This document shows, piece after piece, positions 29,177 through 38,897 of a DNA stretch of 61,963 bases. The stretch's first letter is position 1; each line of letters begins with the position of its first letter. The notes under the pieces are model-generated. The model was not told where the DNA came from. It ran no database searches and worked only from the letters and a program-made list of their open reading frames with translations. Source of the stretch: Candidatus Dadabacteria bacterium (GTDB taxonomy: Bacteria > Desulfobacterota_D > UBA1144 > Nemesobacterales > UBA2774); assembly GCA_020849425.1 (NCBI GenBank), contig JADLGH010000084.1, forward strand, positions 1-61,963, in the 5' to 3' direction. The translations under genes and the position numbers were made by a program.

Positions 29177-31219
29177 ATGGGCGAAGTTATAGCTGCATTT
29201 TTCGGTACGATATTCGGCGTAGCCGTTCTGGTCTACGCGTTTATCGTCTACAGGGAGATAACCATACTCCCCGAAGGGAGTGACAAGATGAAGGAAATTG
29301 CCTCCGCAATACACGAAGGGGCGATGGTCTTTCTCAAGAGAGAGTACAGAATCATAGGCATATTCGTGGCAGTCGTATTTGTGCTTCTCGGTTTATTTAT
29401 AGGCTGGGGTGCAGCAATAGCGTACATAGTCGGAGCATTTTCTTCCATGACGGCCGGCTTCTTCGGCATGAAGGCCGCCACAAAGGCAAACGTGAGGACC
29501 GCCCATGCAGCATCCAGCGAAGGACAGGGCAAGGCGCTTACGGTGGCCTTCAAGGGCGGTAACGTAATGGGACTTTCGGTCGCGGGCATCGGTCTCCTCG
29601 GGCTTTCCGTCGCGTTTTTACTGGGCATCGGCCTTCCCGAAAATCCGGCCGACGCACAGGGACTCGCAGCTTTCGCGATAAAGTTCGGCGATGTGCTGGG
29701 CGGGTTCGCCATGGGCGCGAGCTCGGTCGCACTCTTCGCCAGGATAGGCGGCGGTATCTACACCAAGGGAGCGGACGTCGGAGCCGACCTCGTGGGAAAG
29801 GTAGAGGCCGGTATACCGGAAGACGACCCGAGGAACCCGGCGACGATCGCCGACAACGTCGGAGACAACGTCGGAGACGTAGCCGGCATGGGCGCCGACC
29901 TTTTCGAGTCTTATGTGGGCGCGGTAGTCGCGACGATAGTCATCGCGGCTTCGAGCGGACATAACGAGATCGCTCTCATGGCCATACCGATAGTATTAAT
30001 CGCCATAGGGAGCCTCGCATCCGTAGTCGGCTCGAAGAGCGTCGAATGGATGAAGGACCTCGAGCCGCAGCTCGTTTTAAGGAGGGCGACCTTCTACTCA
30101 GGCGGCATATATATAGCCTTGTCCCTGATCGTGCTTCTTGCGGTGGGGCTTGTAGACGGAGTACAGAACATACTCTGGATATGGCTCGCTTCCGTGCTGG
30201 GGCTACTCGCAGGCATAGCGATAGGGCTTCTGACGGAGTACTACACGTCGAGCACCCCGGTCAGGAAAATAGCCGAAGCCTCGCAGACGGGCGTGGCGAC
30301 GAACATCATCGAGGGGCTTTCGGTCGGCATGTTTAGCACCACGCTTCCGGTTATCACCGGTGCGCTCGCGATAGGGCTTTCGTACTACTTCGCCGGACTT
30401 TACGGCATAGGTATCGCGTCCGTCAGCATGCTCGCGACTATAGGCATAACGATGTCGGTCGACGCCTACGGGCCCGTGGCCGATAACGCGGGCGGCATCT
30501 CGGAAATGTCGGGACTCGGACCCGAGACGAGGAAGATCACCGACAAGCTGGACTCGCTCGGAAACACCACGGCCGCCATCGGAAAGGGCTTTGCGATCGG
30601 CTCGGCCGCGCTCGCCGCTCTCGCCCTTTTCGCGGCGTACACGAAGGCAGTCGGACTCACCTCCATCGACCTCACGAACAGCCACGTTGTTACGGGCCTC
30701 CTCATAGGCGGCACGGTGCCGTTCCTCCTCGGAGCGCTCACGATGGGCGCCGTCGGCAGGACGGCCCAGAAGATGGTCGCGGAGGTAAGGAGGCAGTTCA
30801 GGGAGATCACCGGACTCCTCGAGGGTGACGGAAAACCGGACTATGCATCGTGCGTCGGCATAAGCACGGACGCTGCGCTCAGGGAGATGGTTATCCCGGG
30901 CGTGATCGCCGTTGTGGCGCCTATAATTATCGGCCTTATACTCGGGGCGGACGGCCTCGGCGGATTCCTCGCGGGCGCGATCGTCACGGGCGTTATGCTT
31001 GCCCTCATGATGGCCAACGCGGGCGGAGCATGGGACAACGCCAAGAAATACATCGAAGAGGGCAACCTCGGCGGTAAGGGCTCGGACGCCCACAAGGCGG
31101 CTGTCGTCGGCGATACCATCGGCGACCCGTTCAAGGACACGTCCGGACCGGCGATGAACATCCTGATCAAGCTCATGTCGATCGTTGCCGTCGTTATAGC
31201 ACCGCTGTTGATATCTTAA
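29177..31219 (+). CDS. hppA: Membrane-bound K+-insensitive/sensitive H+(Na+)-translocating pyrophosphatase
   Basis: 680 aa and polytopic. [52 protein letters not shown]. Confidence 0.97.
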   Translation: MGEVIAAFFGTIFGVAVLVYAFIVYREITILPEGSDKMKEIASAIHEGAMVFLKREYRIIGIFVAVVFVLLGLFIGWGAAIAYIVGAFSSMTAGFFGMKAATKANVRTAHAASSEGQGKALTVAFKGGNVMGLSVAGIGLLGLSVAFLLGIGLPENPADAQGLAAFAIKFGDVLGGFAMGASSVALFARIGGGIYTKGADVGADLVGKVEAGIPEDDPRNPATIADNVGDNVGDVAGMGADLFESYVGAVVATIVIAASSGHNEIALMAIPIVLIAIGSLASVVGSKSVEWMKDLEPQLVLRRATFYSGGIYIALSLIVLLAVGLVDGVQNILWIWLASVLGLLAGIAIGLLTEYYTSSTPVRKIAEASQTGVATNIIEGLSVGMFSTTLPVITGALAIGLSYYFAGLYGIGIASVSMLATIGITMSVDAYGPVADNAGGISEMSGLGPETRKITDKLDSLGNTTAAIGKGFAIGSAALAALALFAAYTKAVGLTSIDLTNSHVVTGLLIGGTVPFLLGALTMGAVGRTAQKMVAEVRRQFREITGLLEGDGKPDYASCVGISTDAALREMVIPGVIAVVAPIIIGLILGADGLGGFLAGAIVTGVMLALMMANAGGAWDNAKKYIEEGNLGGKGSDAHKAAVVGDTIGDPFKDTSGPAMNILIKLMSIVAVVIAPLLIS

Positions 31220-31227
31220 ACAAAACC

Positions 31228-31266
31228 GGGCGGGGGACCGTAAAGGACCCCCGCCCTTCTCTTTCT
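31228..31266 (+). terminator. Rho-independent-type terminator after hppA
   Basis: gggcggggg (31228-31236) pairs with cccccgccc (31248-31256), followed by the pyrimidine/T-rich ttctctttct. Confidence 0.55.
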
Positions 31267-31301
31267 ACGCCCCATGTTACATTCCGCGAGTATCCGAAGT
31301 A

Positions 31302-31329
31302 TTCACAAATCGATATTTCCGGGTAGAAT
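31302..31329 (+). promoter_or_regulatory. Candidate promoter TTCACA-16-TAGAAT for rpsF-rpsR-rplI
   Basis: Read directly from the sequence. Leaves a leader of about 70 nt before the rpsF SD AGGAGG. Confidence 0.3.
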
Positions 31330-31405
31330 AACCCGGATTAGGTTTTATCTGTCGCTCCGCCGATTCGGGCGGGGCCTCAAAGACCATGACAGGAGGTTTT
31401 AAGCT

Positions 31406-31960
31406 ATGGCTGTAAAGCCGAAGTATTACGAGACTTTATACATTATAAGGCCCGACATTAAAGAAGAGGAGCTCGCCAAGATAGAGCAGAGGCTCCGCGA
31501 CGCCCTCGCGGCCCATGAGGGAGAGATAATAAGGTTCGACAAGTGGGCGCAGAGGGAGCTCGCATACGAGATACAGAACTACAACCGGGGAACATATTAC
31601 ATAATTATCTTCAAATCGCTCCCCGGCGCCGTAGCCGAGCTCGAAAGACATCTCCGTTTTTACAACACCGACGTCCTCAGGTTCATGACCGTATCCATCA
31701 CGGAAGCGGCGGCCAACAAGGAAAAGGCCGCGCAGGAGAATAAGGCGGCGGAAGAGAGCAGTCCCGCAGCAGAGGCAGCGCCCGCAGAGGCGGCACCGGC
31801 AGAGGCAGCGCCCACAGAGGCGGCACCCACAGAGGCGGCGCCTGCAGAGACCGCACCCGCGGAGGCAGCACCGGCCGAGGCAGCACCCGAGCCCGCGGAG
31901 GAAACCAAGACAGAAAGCGAGCCGGCAACGGCCGAACCCACGGAAGGAGGAGCCAACTAA
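31406..31960 (+). CDS. rpsF: 30S ribosomal protein S6 with an ~80-aa Ala/Pro/Glu-rich C-terminal extension
   Basis: YETLYIIRPDIKEEELAKI...WAQRELAYEI core, then (A/T)EAAP-type repeats. Confidence 0.93.
   Translation: MAVKPKYYETLYIIRPDIKEEELAKIEQRLRDALAAHEGEIIRFDKWAQRELAYEIQNYNRGTYYIIIFKSLPGAVAELERHLRFYNTDVLRFMTVSITEAAANKEKAAQENKAAEESSPAAEAAPAEAAPAEAAPTEAAPTEAAPAETAPAEAAPAEAAPEPAEETKTESEPATAEPTEGGAN
31763..31897 (+). repeat. In-frame ~15-nt tandem repeats encoding (P-A/T-E-A-A)n in the S6 tail
   Basis: gcagaggc(a/g)gc(g/a)cc(c/g)... is repeated about 9 times. The protein reads PAAEAAPAEAAPAEAAPTEAAPTEAAPAETAPAEAAPAEAAPEPAE. Confidence 0.85.
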
Positions 31961-32196
31961 TGGAATCACCGAGAGACAGAAAGTACTTCGCAAGAAAGAA
32001 GGTTTGCAGGTTCTGCACCGAATCGTTAGAGATGAACTACAAGAACATCGACACGCTGTCGAGGTACATAACCGACAGGAAGAAGATAGTTCCCAAGAGA
32101 AACTCCGGGCTCTGTGCGCGCTGCCAGAGGCAGCTCGCAACGGAAATAAAGAGGGCGCGTTTCATGGCGCTTCTCCCCTACACCGTGCTCCACTGA
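31960..32196 (+). CDS. rpsR: 30S ribosomal protein S18
   Basis: KKVCRFCTE...YITDRKKIVPKRNSGLCARCQRQLATEIKRARFMALLPY. TAATG overlap with rpsF. Confidence 0.95.
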   Translation: MESPRDRKYFARKKVCRFCTESLEMNYKNIDTLSRYITDRKKIVPKRNSGLCARCQRQLATEIKRARFMALLPYTVLH

Positions 32197-32260
32197 GCGG
32201 CGGCGGGGGATTTCCGCATAAAGACGTTAACGTATAAAAATTCCGGGGGTTCAGGCAAAT

Positions 32261-32707
32261 ATGAAAGTCATACTGATTTCCGATGTTGAATCGATAGGCA
32301 AGAGGGGCGACCTGATGGACGTGAAGGACGGGCTTGCCACCAACTTCCTCATCCCGAAGAAGCTCGCCGTAAAGGCCACGCCAGGGAATATAAAGGCGTG
32401 GGAGCAGAAGAATGCGTCCCTCAAAAAGAAAGAAGACAAGGCAAAGTCGGACGCCGAGGCGCACGCGTCCAGGCTCGAGGGGACGAAGCTCACCATAGCG
32501 GTCAAGGTGGGCGAGGAAGAGAAGATATTCGGCTCGGTTACGTCCCAGAGCATATCCGATGCGCTCAAGGAAAAGGGATTCGAGATATCGAGGAAGCAGA
32601 TAGACCTCGAAAATCCGATAAAATCGCTCGGCGCCCACGAAGTACCTGTAAAGATCTATCACGAGGTGACGGCTACCATAACCGTCGAAGTGGTGGAAGA
32701 AAGCTAG
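32261..32707 (+). CDS. rplI: 50S ribosomal protein L9
   Basis: MKVILISDVESIGKRGDLMDVKDGLATNFLIPKKLAV... Confidence 0.95.
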   Translation: MKVILISDVESIGKRGDLMDVKDGLATNFLIPKKLAVKATPGNIKAWEQKNASLKKKEDKAKSDAEAHASRLEGTKLTIAVKVGEEEKIFGSVTSQSISDALKEKGFEISRKQIDLENPIKSLGAHEVPVKIYHEVTATITVEVVEES

Positions 32708-32721
32708 GACGAAACTCGACA

Positions 32722-32754
32722 CGCATAAGCCCGGGGCCCGGGCTTATGCGCTTT
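32722..32754. terminator. 12-bp perfect hairpin between convergent rplI and the DUF4412-like gene
   Basis: cgcataagcccg-gggcc-cgggcttatgcg. The flanking T runs are short. Confidence 0.5.
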
Positions 32755-32778
32755 CCCCCGGATACACAATCCGAATAG

Positions 32779-33531
32779 TTACTGCTGGTTCAGTATGTCC
32801 TGGTAGGTGATCTTCTCGTAGCCGGCCGGCGGAAGAAATTCAGTGGCGGGTATATCTTCTTTTTTAACGGAGATTATCTCTTCCGTGACAGAGCCCTTAC
32901 CGTCCGGGGCGTAGTACACGGTTTTCATCGGATAGCCTTCCTCGTAGATTTCCTGAATTACCTTGTATTCGTTGTCGGAAATGGACGCGGAGCCGCCGAT
33001 GTTCTGGCTTATCTTCTTTACCTCGTTCATCAGCTTGGACATCTTGTCGAGGTCGATCTCTTCGGAAAACCCGGGCTCCTTGCTGACCCAGTATTCCGTC
33101 TGGAGCTTGTCGTTGTCGTATATCTCGAGCTTCTTCGAAGAGTAGCCGGCAAAGCTCCCGGTTTCACCGGTTTTCTTCAGCTTGACGTCCCTCTTTTCCT
33201 GGGGCGCATTCTTGTTCTCGGACATGAAGGACTCTATGTATTTGAGGTACTCGTCCCTGTTCAGGGTTATATAGAGCTTCTTCTCGTCGTTGACGAATAT
33301 AATGTTTCCGGAATTGAGATCGAATATCACCGCGGGGGAGAACTGACCGGCGTTTTCGACCTGCTTCAGCTTGTTGTCCTGTATGTAGAGCGTTACCTGC
33401 TGTTTCGAGGGGGAGCCTTCCTCGTAGACGACCTGCTGCATGACGAGCCCCGAATACGCCCTCTCGGACAGAGCGCCCAGGGCGCACATCACCGCCAGGA
33501 AAAAAAGGAAAAAGCTTGTACGACGAAGCAT
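32779..33531 (-). CDS. Secreted hypothetical protein (DUF4412-like)
   Basis: Signal peptide MLRRTSFFLFFLAVMCALGA and a beta-rich sequence. The family call is from memory only. Confidence 0.6.
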   Translation of the reverse strand: MLRRTSFFLFFLAVMCALGALSERAYSGLVMQQVVYEEGSPSKQQVTLYIQDNKLKQVENAGQFSPAVIFDLNSGNIIFVNDEKKLYITLNRDEYLKYIESFMSENKNAPQEKRDVKLKKTGETGSFAGYSSKKLEIYDNDKLQTEYWVSKEPGFSEEIDLDKMSKLMNEVKKISQNIGGSASISDNEYKVIQEIYEEGYPMKTVYYAPDGKGSVTEEIISVKKEDIPATEFLPPAGYEKITYQDILNQQ

Positions 33532-33752
33532 GTACGTTACCTCCGTAAGTTTCTGAATGTCGCCGCCACGGGCAGATTGTAAGATAACCTATAATTGCCC
33601 GCGCCGCCACAGAGAAGCCGGGCCGGAAAGGCCCTCCTGGGCATATATGGGGGTATATCGTGTATAATAGTTTCTATTGACGCTAACCCATTCTGTGATA
33701 GATTAAACGGGTTAAACAAGCGACCGCAATATTCAGGGAGGTAGACAATTTT

Positions 33753-34568
33753 ATGTCCGATTTTAAGGTGAAGTTCGCACCGGTAGGAGAGAAAGAAGTT
33801 ACAAAAGCCATAGTAGAGGGCTTTGCCAACGAATTCAACGAGTACATCACGAGCGACGTGATAGTCGTGGGGGCGGGGCCGAGCGGTCTCGTGGCTGCAA
33901 AGGACATAGCAAAGCAGAAATACAAGGTTCTCCTCGTGGAGAGGATGAACTATCTCGGGGGCGGTTTCTGGATAGGCGGTTATCTCATGAACAAGGTCAC
34001 CGTGAGGGAGCCCGGGAACGAGGTGCTCGACGAAATCGAGGTGCCCTATGAAGAAGTAGAAAAGGGGCTCTACGTCGCCGACGGGCCCTACGCGTGCTCG
34101 AAGCTCATCGCGATGACCTGCGAGGCGGGGGCGAGAATAAGGAACATGACCATGTTCGACGACCTCGTATACAGGGAGAACGGCAGGGTGGCCGGCATAG
34201 TTATAAACTGGACCCCCATAGCCAACATGCCGAAGGAGATCACGTGTCTCGACCCGATCGCAATAGAGTCGAAGCTCGTAATCGACGCCACTGGGCACGA
34301 TGCATACTGCGTTTCGAGGCTCTCGCAGCAGGGTCTTTACAAGAAGCTCCCCGGACACGGCTCGATGTGGGTCGAAAAATCGGAAGAAGCGCTCGTCGAG
34401 TACACGGGCGAGGTCCACCCGGGGCTCATAGCATGCGGCATGTCTGTAAACAGCGTATACGGGCTTCCGAGGATGGGGCCGACGTTCGGCGGAATGCTGC
34501 TTTCGGGCAAAAAGGCCGCCAAGGTTGCCATCGACATTTTAGAAAAGCAGGAGCAGGCAAGGGCCTGA
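33753..34568 (+). CDS. thi4: Thiazole synthase, Thi4 family (ADP-thiazole synthase)
   Basis: DVIVVGAGPSGLVAAKDIAK...LVERMNYLGGGFWIGG...VIDATGHDA and a C-terminal GMLLSGKKAA. Confidence 0.9.
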   Translation: MSDFKVKFAPVGEKEVTKAIVEGFANEFNEYITSDVIVVGAGPSGLVAAKDIAKQKYKVLLVERMNYLGGGFWIGGYLMNKVTVREPGNEVLDEIEVPYEEVEKGLYVADGPYACSKLIAMTCEAGARIRNMTMFDDLVYRENGRVAGIVINWTPIANMPKEITCLDPIAIESKLVIDATGHDAYCVSRLSQQGLYKKLPGHGSMWVEKSEEALVEYTGEVHPGLIACGMSVNSVYGLPRMGPTFGGMLLSGKKAAKVAIDILEKQEQARA

Positions 34569-34599
34569 GCCTGATTTATTAACAAAACAGAAAATCAGA

Positions 34600-34630
34600 G
34601 GGGGAAGGCCGCCGGCTTTCCCCCTTTTTT
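34600..34630. terminator. Bidirectional Rho-independent terminator
   Basis: 11-bp stem (gggggaaggcc / ggctttccccc, with one G-U pair), 3-nt loop, T6 at 34625-34630, and an A/T-rich run on the other side. Confidence 0.7.
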
Positions 34631-34653
34631 CTTCCCGTTTTATCCCAGCCGTT

Positions 34654-35430
34654 TTATCCCAGGATTTCGAGGCAGCGGGCGCAGGGCTTTCCCTCGTACT
34701 GAACCTTGAGCACGTCTTCCTGCCAATGCGAGTTGAAGAGGCAGCATTCCGGGTTCTCGCAGAAGGCCTCGCCCGAGAGCTCGTAAAAGAGGGCCTGAAG
34801 GGCGTAAGAAGTGATAGCGGAGGTCGTCTTAGGGTCGTCGTAGTCTATGAACCTCCCCCTGTACATCTCGTCGAGCTCGCGTGTGTCCCTTCCGCTGTTT
34901 ATCAGGCCGCCCTTTATGAAGTAGTATTCGCGCGGCCTCGCGGGAGCTTCAACGAGTCCGGAGGTGGAGATTATGGAAGGGCTGCCCAGGAGTACGACTC
35001 GGGCGTGGTAGCGCCTGCCTTCGAACGTTCCAATGAGCCGGCCGGTGAATATAATGTGTAAAAAATCACTACCTGATTCTTCCGGGAGGGAGTCGCAGAT
35101 GAGCTTTCTAAGCGCCCTCTGGACCCAGAGCCCGTCGTAAAGAACGCCCCTACCCTTCTCTTCGCCCGAAAGCATTCTCCTTTCGAATGCGGCTTCGGAA
35201 GGACCCGCGGGGAGGATTTCGTCGAGTGGGGATTCGATGCCCGAAACCCTGGCGGAGGCGAGCCTGCGGGCTATTTCGCCGAGGGCTTCGTCCCCCGCCC
35301 GGAGGTATTCGAGGAGGCTCCCGCGGTTTTCCGCGCGGACGCCGTAACCCTCGAGCGAGGCGGCCACGGCCCCAACGTCGAGCGATTCCGACGGGTGATC
35401 CGTATACAAACAGACGGTGAGTCGGGACAT
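34654..35430 (-). CDS. Archaemetzincin-like protein with a degenerate catalytic motif (hypothetical)
   Basis: The C-terminus FYELSGEAFCENPECCLFNSHWQEDV...GKPCARC parallels the archaemetzincin HELGHxxGLxHCxNPxCVMxFSNS...CxxC. The Cys4 is kept and the His ligands are lost. Confidence 0.55.
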   Translation of the reverse strand: MSRLTVCLYTDHPSESLDVGAVAASLEGYGVRAENRGSLLEYLRAGDEALGEIARRLASARVSGIESPLDEILPAGPSEAAFERRMLSGEEKGRGVLYDGLWVQRALRKLICDSLPEESGSDFLHIIFTGRLIGTFEGRRYHARVVLLGSPSIISTSGLVEAPARPREYYFIKGGLINSGRDTRELDEMYRGRFIDYDDPKTTSAITSYALQALFYELSGEAFCENPECCLFNSHWQEDVLKVQYEGKPCARCLEILG

Positions 35431-35472
35431 GTGAAGATTTAGTTTACCGGAAAGCGTCGCCGGGCCGGGCGG

Positions 35473-35931
35473 CTATATTATCTCGGCCACGATTTCTACC
35501 TCGACGGGGGCGTTTAACGGAAGCTCGGAGACGCCTACGGCCGCGCGCGCGTGGCGGCCCTCCTCGCCGAATACGTCGAAGAAAAGGTCGGACGCGCCGT
35601 TAATAACGCCGGCCTGCCCCGTAAAGCCGGGGGCGCTCGCGACGTAGCCCGTGACCTTCACGATCTTCTTTACGTTGTCGAGTGCGCCGAGCTCCTTTTT
35701 CAACACGGCGAGGACGTTTATCGCCGACTGCCGCGCCGCGCGGGCGGCGTCCTCCGGAGAGACGTCCGCCCCGACTTTACCCTCGAACACGAGCTTTCCG
35801 CCCGACAGCGGGAGCTGGCCGGATACGAAGAGAAGGCTGCCCGCCACCGACGCGGGCTTATAGGAGCCGAGCGGCGACGCAACGTCGGGCAAATCTATGC
35901 CGAGCTCCTTTAACCTGTCAGCCCTTGTCAT
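35473..35931 (-). CDS. RidA/YjgF family protein
   Basis: 152 aa. LLFVSGQLPL...VKVTGYV...ARAAVGVSELPLNAPVEVE. Confidence 0.9.
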   Translation of the reverse strand: MTRADRLKELGIDLPDVASPLGSYKPASVAGSLLFVSGQLPLSGGKLVFEGKVGADVSPEDAARAARQSAINVLAVLKKELGALDNVKKIVKVTGYVASAPGFTGQAGVINGASDLFFDVFGEEGRHARAAVGVSELPLNAPVEVEIVAEII

Positions 35932-37351
35932 TATGCCCCTCCGGTTTTAAGGCGACGTAGATCGTGTTCGTGCCCCTTTGAACTAAAAAGAGGATGTTCT
36001 GACCGGACTCTACGGAATCCATGGACTTGCCGTAATTATCGAGGTTCGTGATTTCCTTCTTGTTTATTTCTAAGATGACGTCGCCCGGCGCAAGACCCGA
36101 ATTAGCCGCTACGCTCCCGGGCTGGACGTTCGTGATAACGACGCCCTCGGACCTGCCCGTGCCGAACATGCTCTGGACTTCGGGGGTTATCTCCTGGACG
36201 ACGAGGCCGAGGTCCTGCTCGACGGCCTTGCCCTTTACCCTTCTCGACTCCTGGGCCACTTCGTCGGGGAGCTGTCCGAGCTCGACCTTAAGGGTTTTTA
36301 CCTGGCCGTTCCTGATTACCTTCATTTCGGATTTCGTTCCCGGGGGATTGGCCGCGACCGACTTCGGCAGCTCGGGCATGTTTTCGATGCCGGCGCCGTC
36401 GAACTCCACTATGATGTCGCCCCTTTTAAGCCCGGCCTTGTCCGCGGGGCCGCCCGGCGCAACGTCCGCAACGAGGGCGCCTTTATGGTCCTTCAGGTTC
36501 ATGCTATCCGCTATATCGGGCGTTACCTCCTGAACGTAGACCCCTATCCAGCCCCTGACGACCTTGCCGTTATTCCTGAGCTGTGCGACGACGTCCTTGG
36601 CCATGTTTACCGGAATGGCGAAGCCTATGCCCTGGCCCCCTGCTATGATCGCGGTGTTCACGCCCACGAGCTCGCCGCTGAAGTTAAAGAGAGGGCCGCC
36701 GCTGTTGCCGGGGTTGATGGCGGCGTCGGTCTGTATGAAATCGTCGTAGGAGCCGAGGCCGAGGGACCTGCCCTTGGCGCTTATTATTCCCGCCGTGACA
36801 GTATGTCCGAGCCCGAACGGGTTACCGATCGCGAGCACCCAGTCGCCTATTTCGAGGCTGTCGGAATTGCCGAACCTGACCGCGGGGAGCTTCTCCTTGG
36901 GCTCTATCTTGAGGAGGGCAAGGTCCGTTTTCGGGTCCGTCCCTATGACTTCGGCGCTGTATATATCGCCGTTCTGGAGTATCACTTTTATGTCGGTCGC
37001 CTTTTCGACGACGTGGTTGTTAGTGACTATGTATCCGTCCTCGCTGAATATGAATCCCGAGCCGAGGCCCCTGCCCCTGAATTCTCTTTCGGGCTGCTGG
37101 CCGAAGAACTTATCGAAGAACTCGTTGAACGGATCGTTCTCCCGGTCCTTGAAAGGCGATTCGTAAGAGAAGGTCCTTCCCTTGGAGACATTCGTGGTGC
37201 TGATGTTGACTACGGAAGGACTGAGCCTTTTAACGAGCGGGGAAAGTGAATTGTATCCCCCTACCTCCTGTGCGCCGGCCTGTATAACCTGTCCCAGGGA
37301 GATTAAAGAAACGACGAGAGATAAAACGAATATTCTTGCCAGCCTTGACAT
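35918..37351 (-). CDS. htrA: Periplasmic serine endoprotease DegP/HtrA (Do family, two PDZ domains)
   Basis: ATG at 37351 lies 10 nt after GGAGG. Signal peptide, catalytic TNNHV ... D ... GNSGGPL, and two PDZ repeats. Confidence 0.93.
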   Translation of the reverse strand: MSRLARIFVLSLVVSLISLGQVIQAGAQEVGGYNSLSPLVKRLSPSVVNISTTNVSKGRTFSYESPFKDRENDPFNEFFDKFFGQQPEREFRGRGLGSGFIFSEDGYIVTNNHVVEKATDIKVILQNGDIYSAEVIGTDPKTDLALLKIEPKEKLPAVRFGNSDSLEIGDWVLAIGNPFGLGHTVTAGIISAKGRSLGLGSYDDFIQTDAAINPGNSGGPLFNFSGELVGVNTAIIAGGQGIGFAIPVNMAKDVVAQLRNNGKVVRGWIGVYVQEVTPDIADSMNLKDHKGALVADVAPGGPADKAGLKRGDIIVEFDGAGIENMPELPKSVAANPPGTKSEMKVIRNGQVKTLKVELGQLPDEVAQESRRVKGKAVEQDLGLVVQEITPEVQSMFGTGRSEGVVITNVQPGSVAANSGLAPGDVILEINKKEITNLDNYGKSMDSVESGQNILFLVQRGTNTIYVALKPEGHNDKG

Positions 37352-37578
37352 GGCCTGAATACCTCCGGATTTCATGTTAGATGATTGAAAATAGTCAGGA
37401 GCACGCACCGCGCCGCTCGTAGTGTTCGAGGAAGACGCGTCTTCGCGCCCTCTGCGCGTATGGATTAAAAGTATACTCATTGGACCCTGAATGCCATTAG
37501 AAATTATAACTGATGAATTATTTCCTGCGTTTTCGAGTAGCGGATGGGAGCAAAGTAAGGTGGAAAGCCGCCGGCTGT

Positions 37579-38808
37579 TTATATGGGTTCTTTAAGGAGA
37601 TCGTCCCAGTATTTGAGGTGGAGGCGGCTGGAGTAAAACCGCATTACGAGGTTCCTCAGGATGGATACGGCGCGGCTGTCGGCGAAGGCGACCTTGCCCA
37701 TCATGCGGGACTGGTCCTGGACCTTGTTGACGCGGGGACGCCGCCTTACGACGTAGGCCTCGAGAGCATGCGAGATGTATTTCGAGTCGGCCCGCGAGAG
37801 CTCGTCCGCGAGAACCGCGGCCGATTCTATGGCCATCGACACGCCGCCGCCGGCCGTGGGAAGGACGGCGTGGGCCGAATCGCCGACGAGGACGACGCGG
37901 CCCTTGTACCATTCGTCCATCCTGAGATCGCAGTACTCGTCGTGGAATATATCGCCCGGGTCTTCGAGCCCGGCGAGGACTTCGGGAACTATGCCGCCGA
38001 ATTCGCTGAAATGCTGCCTTATATGATCGAGGCGGTTCTCGACGGGGTCGGGCGCACCCCTGGGGCTCCGTATGCATGTGAACACGGAAAGCCTGTTTCG
38101 GGTCGGCCAGATCCCGAGGAACTTGCCCGTGCCCCAGTACTCGGCTATCTGGGCCGATTTGGAGATGCCGGATTTGAGCCAGAAGCTCCAGCCCCTCATG
38201 CCGCTGTAGGAAAGGGGGACGTCGCCGAATACGAGGCTCCGAGTTCTGGAGCGGACGCCGTCGCAGCCGACGACGAGGTCGAAGGACTCTTCGGTCCCGT
38301 CGCTGAACGTGACTATGGCTTCGTCGGGCGTCTGGTGAATCTTCTCGACCGTTACGCCCATCGTGAGGCTTTCCGAATTTATGTTCTTTCTGAGGATGCT
38401 TATGAGCTCGGACCTGTATATGCTTATCATCGGCCCGTATTTTTCGGATACTTCGTCGACGGAGTAGGATCTCAGCATCTCGCCCTTTTCGTTCCATACG
38501 TTGTAGGTGGAAAAGGGGAGCCCCGTTTCGATAAGGTCTCTGTAAAGGCCGAGCCCCTTAAGAACCCGGCCACCGGAGGGCCAGAGGACGATGATGTATC
38601 CGACCTTGCCGTATTCGGGTATGCGCTCGACCACGCGCGGCTTAAACCCCCTTTGCTGGAGGAGCCCCGCCAGTGTAAGCCCGGCTATGCCGCCGCCGAT
38701 TATGAGGACGCGCATTTCCGGACCGAACCTCACGGGCAGTGCATAGCCCTCGGCTTCGACTTCGGCCTTATTTCCGCCGGGCTTCTTTTTTCTCTTTAAA
38801 ATCGACAT
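37579..38808 (-). CDS. FAD-dependent monooxygenase (aromatic-ring hydroxylase-like)
   Basis: MRVLIIGGGIAGLTLAGLL Rossmann motif and the GDSAH motif (VVLVGDSAHAVLP). The start is ambiguous (38808 or 38715). Confidence 0.85.
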   Translation of the reverse strand: MSILKRKKKPGGNKAEVEAEGYALPVRFGPEMRVLIIGGGIAGLTLAGLLQQRGFKPRVVERIPEYGKVGYIIVLWPSGGRVLKGLGLYRDLIETGLPFSTYNVWNEKGEMLRSYSVDEVSEKYGPMISIYRSELISILRKNINSESLTMGVTVEKIHQTPDEAIVTFSDGTEESFDLVVGCDGVRSRTRSLVFGDVPLSYSGMRGWSFWLKSGISKSAQIAEYWGTGKFLGIWPTRNRLSVFTCIRSPRGAPDPVENRLDHIRQHFSEFGGIVPEVLAGLEDPGDIFHDEYCDLRMDEWYKGRVVLVGDSAHAVLPTAGGGVSMAIESAAVLADELSRADSKYISHALEAYVVRRRPRVNKVQDQSRMMGKVAFADSRAVSILRNLVMRFYSSRLHLKYWDDLLKEPI

Positions 38809-38897
38809 TTGTCGGTAGTTCGATACGAGATTAATAATTATTTTACATGGGTTAAGTATACACTGCAAAGCCTTCTGAAAAGAAATCCCGAGGAATT

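Noticed and set aside
33532-33752. TPP riboswitch upstream of thi4
   Set aside because: No THI-box core sequence is visible by eye (reported as a low-interest absence instead).
37513-38799. 428-aa plus-strand ORF
   Set aside because: It is antisense to the FAD monooxygenase, which has clear Rossmann and GDSAH motifs. Its composition is the Arg/Gly/Pro/Val-rich kind typical of shadow ORFs in GC-rich DNA.
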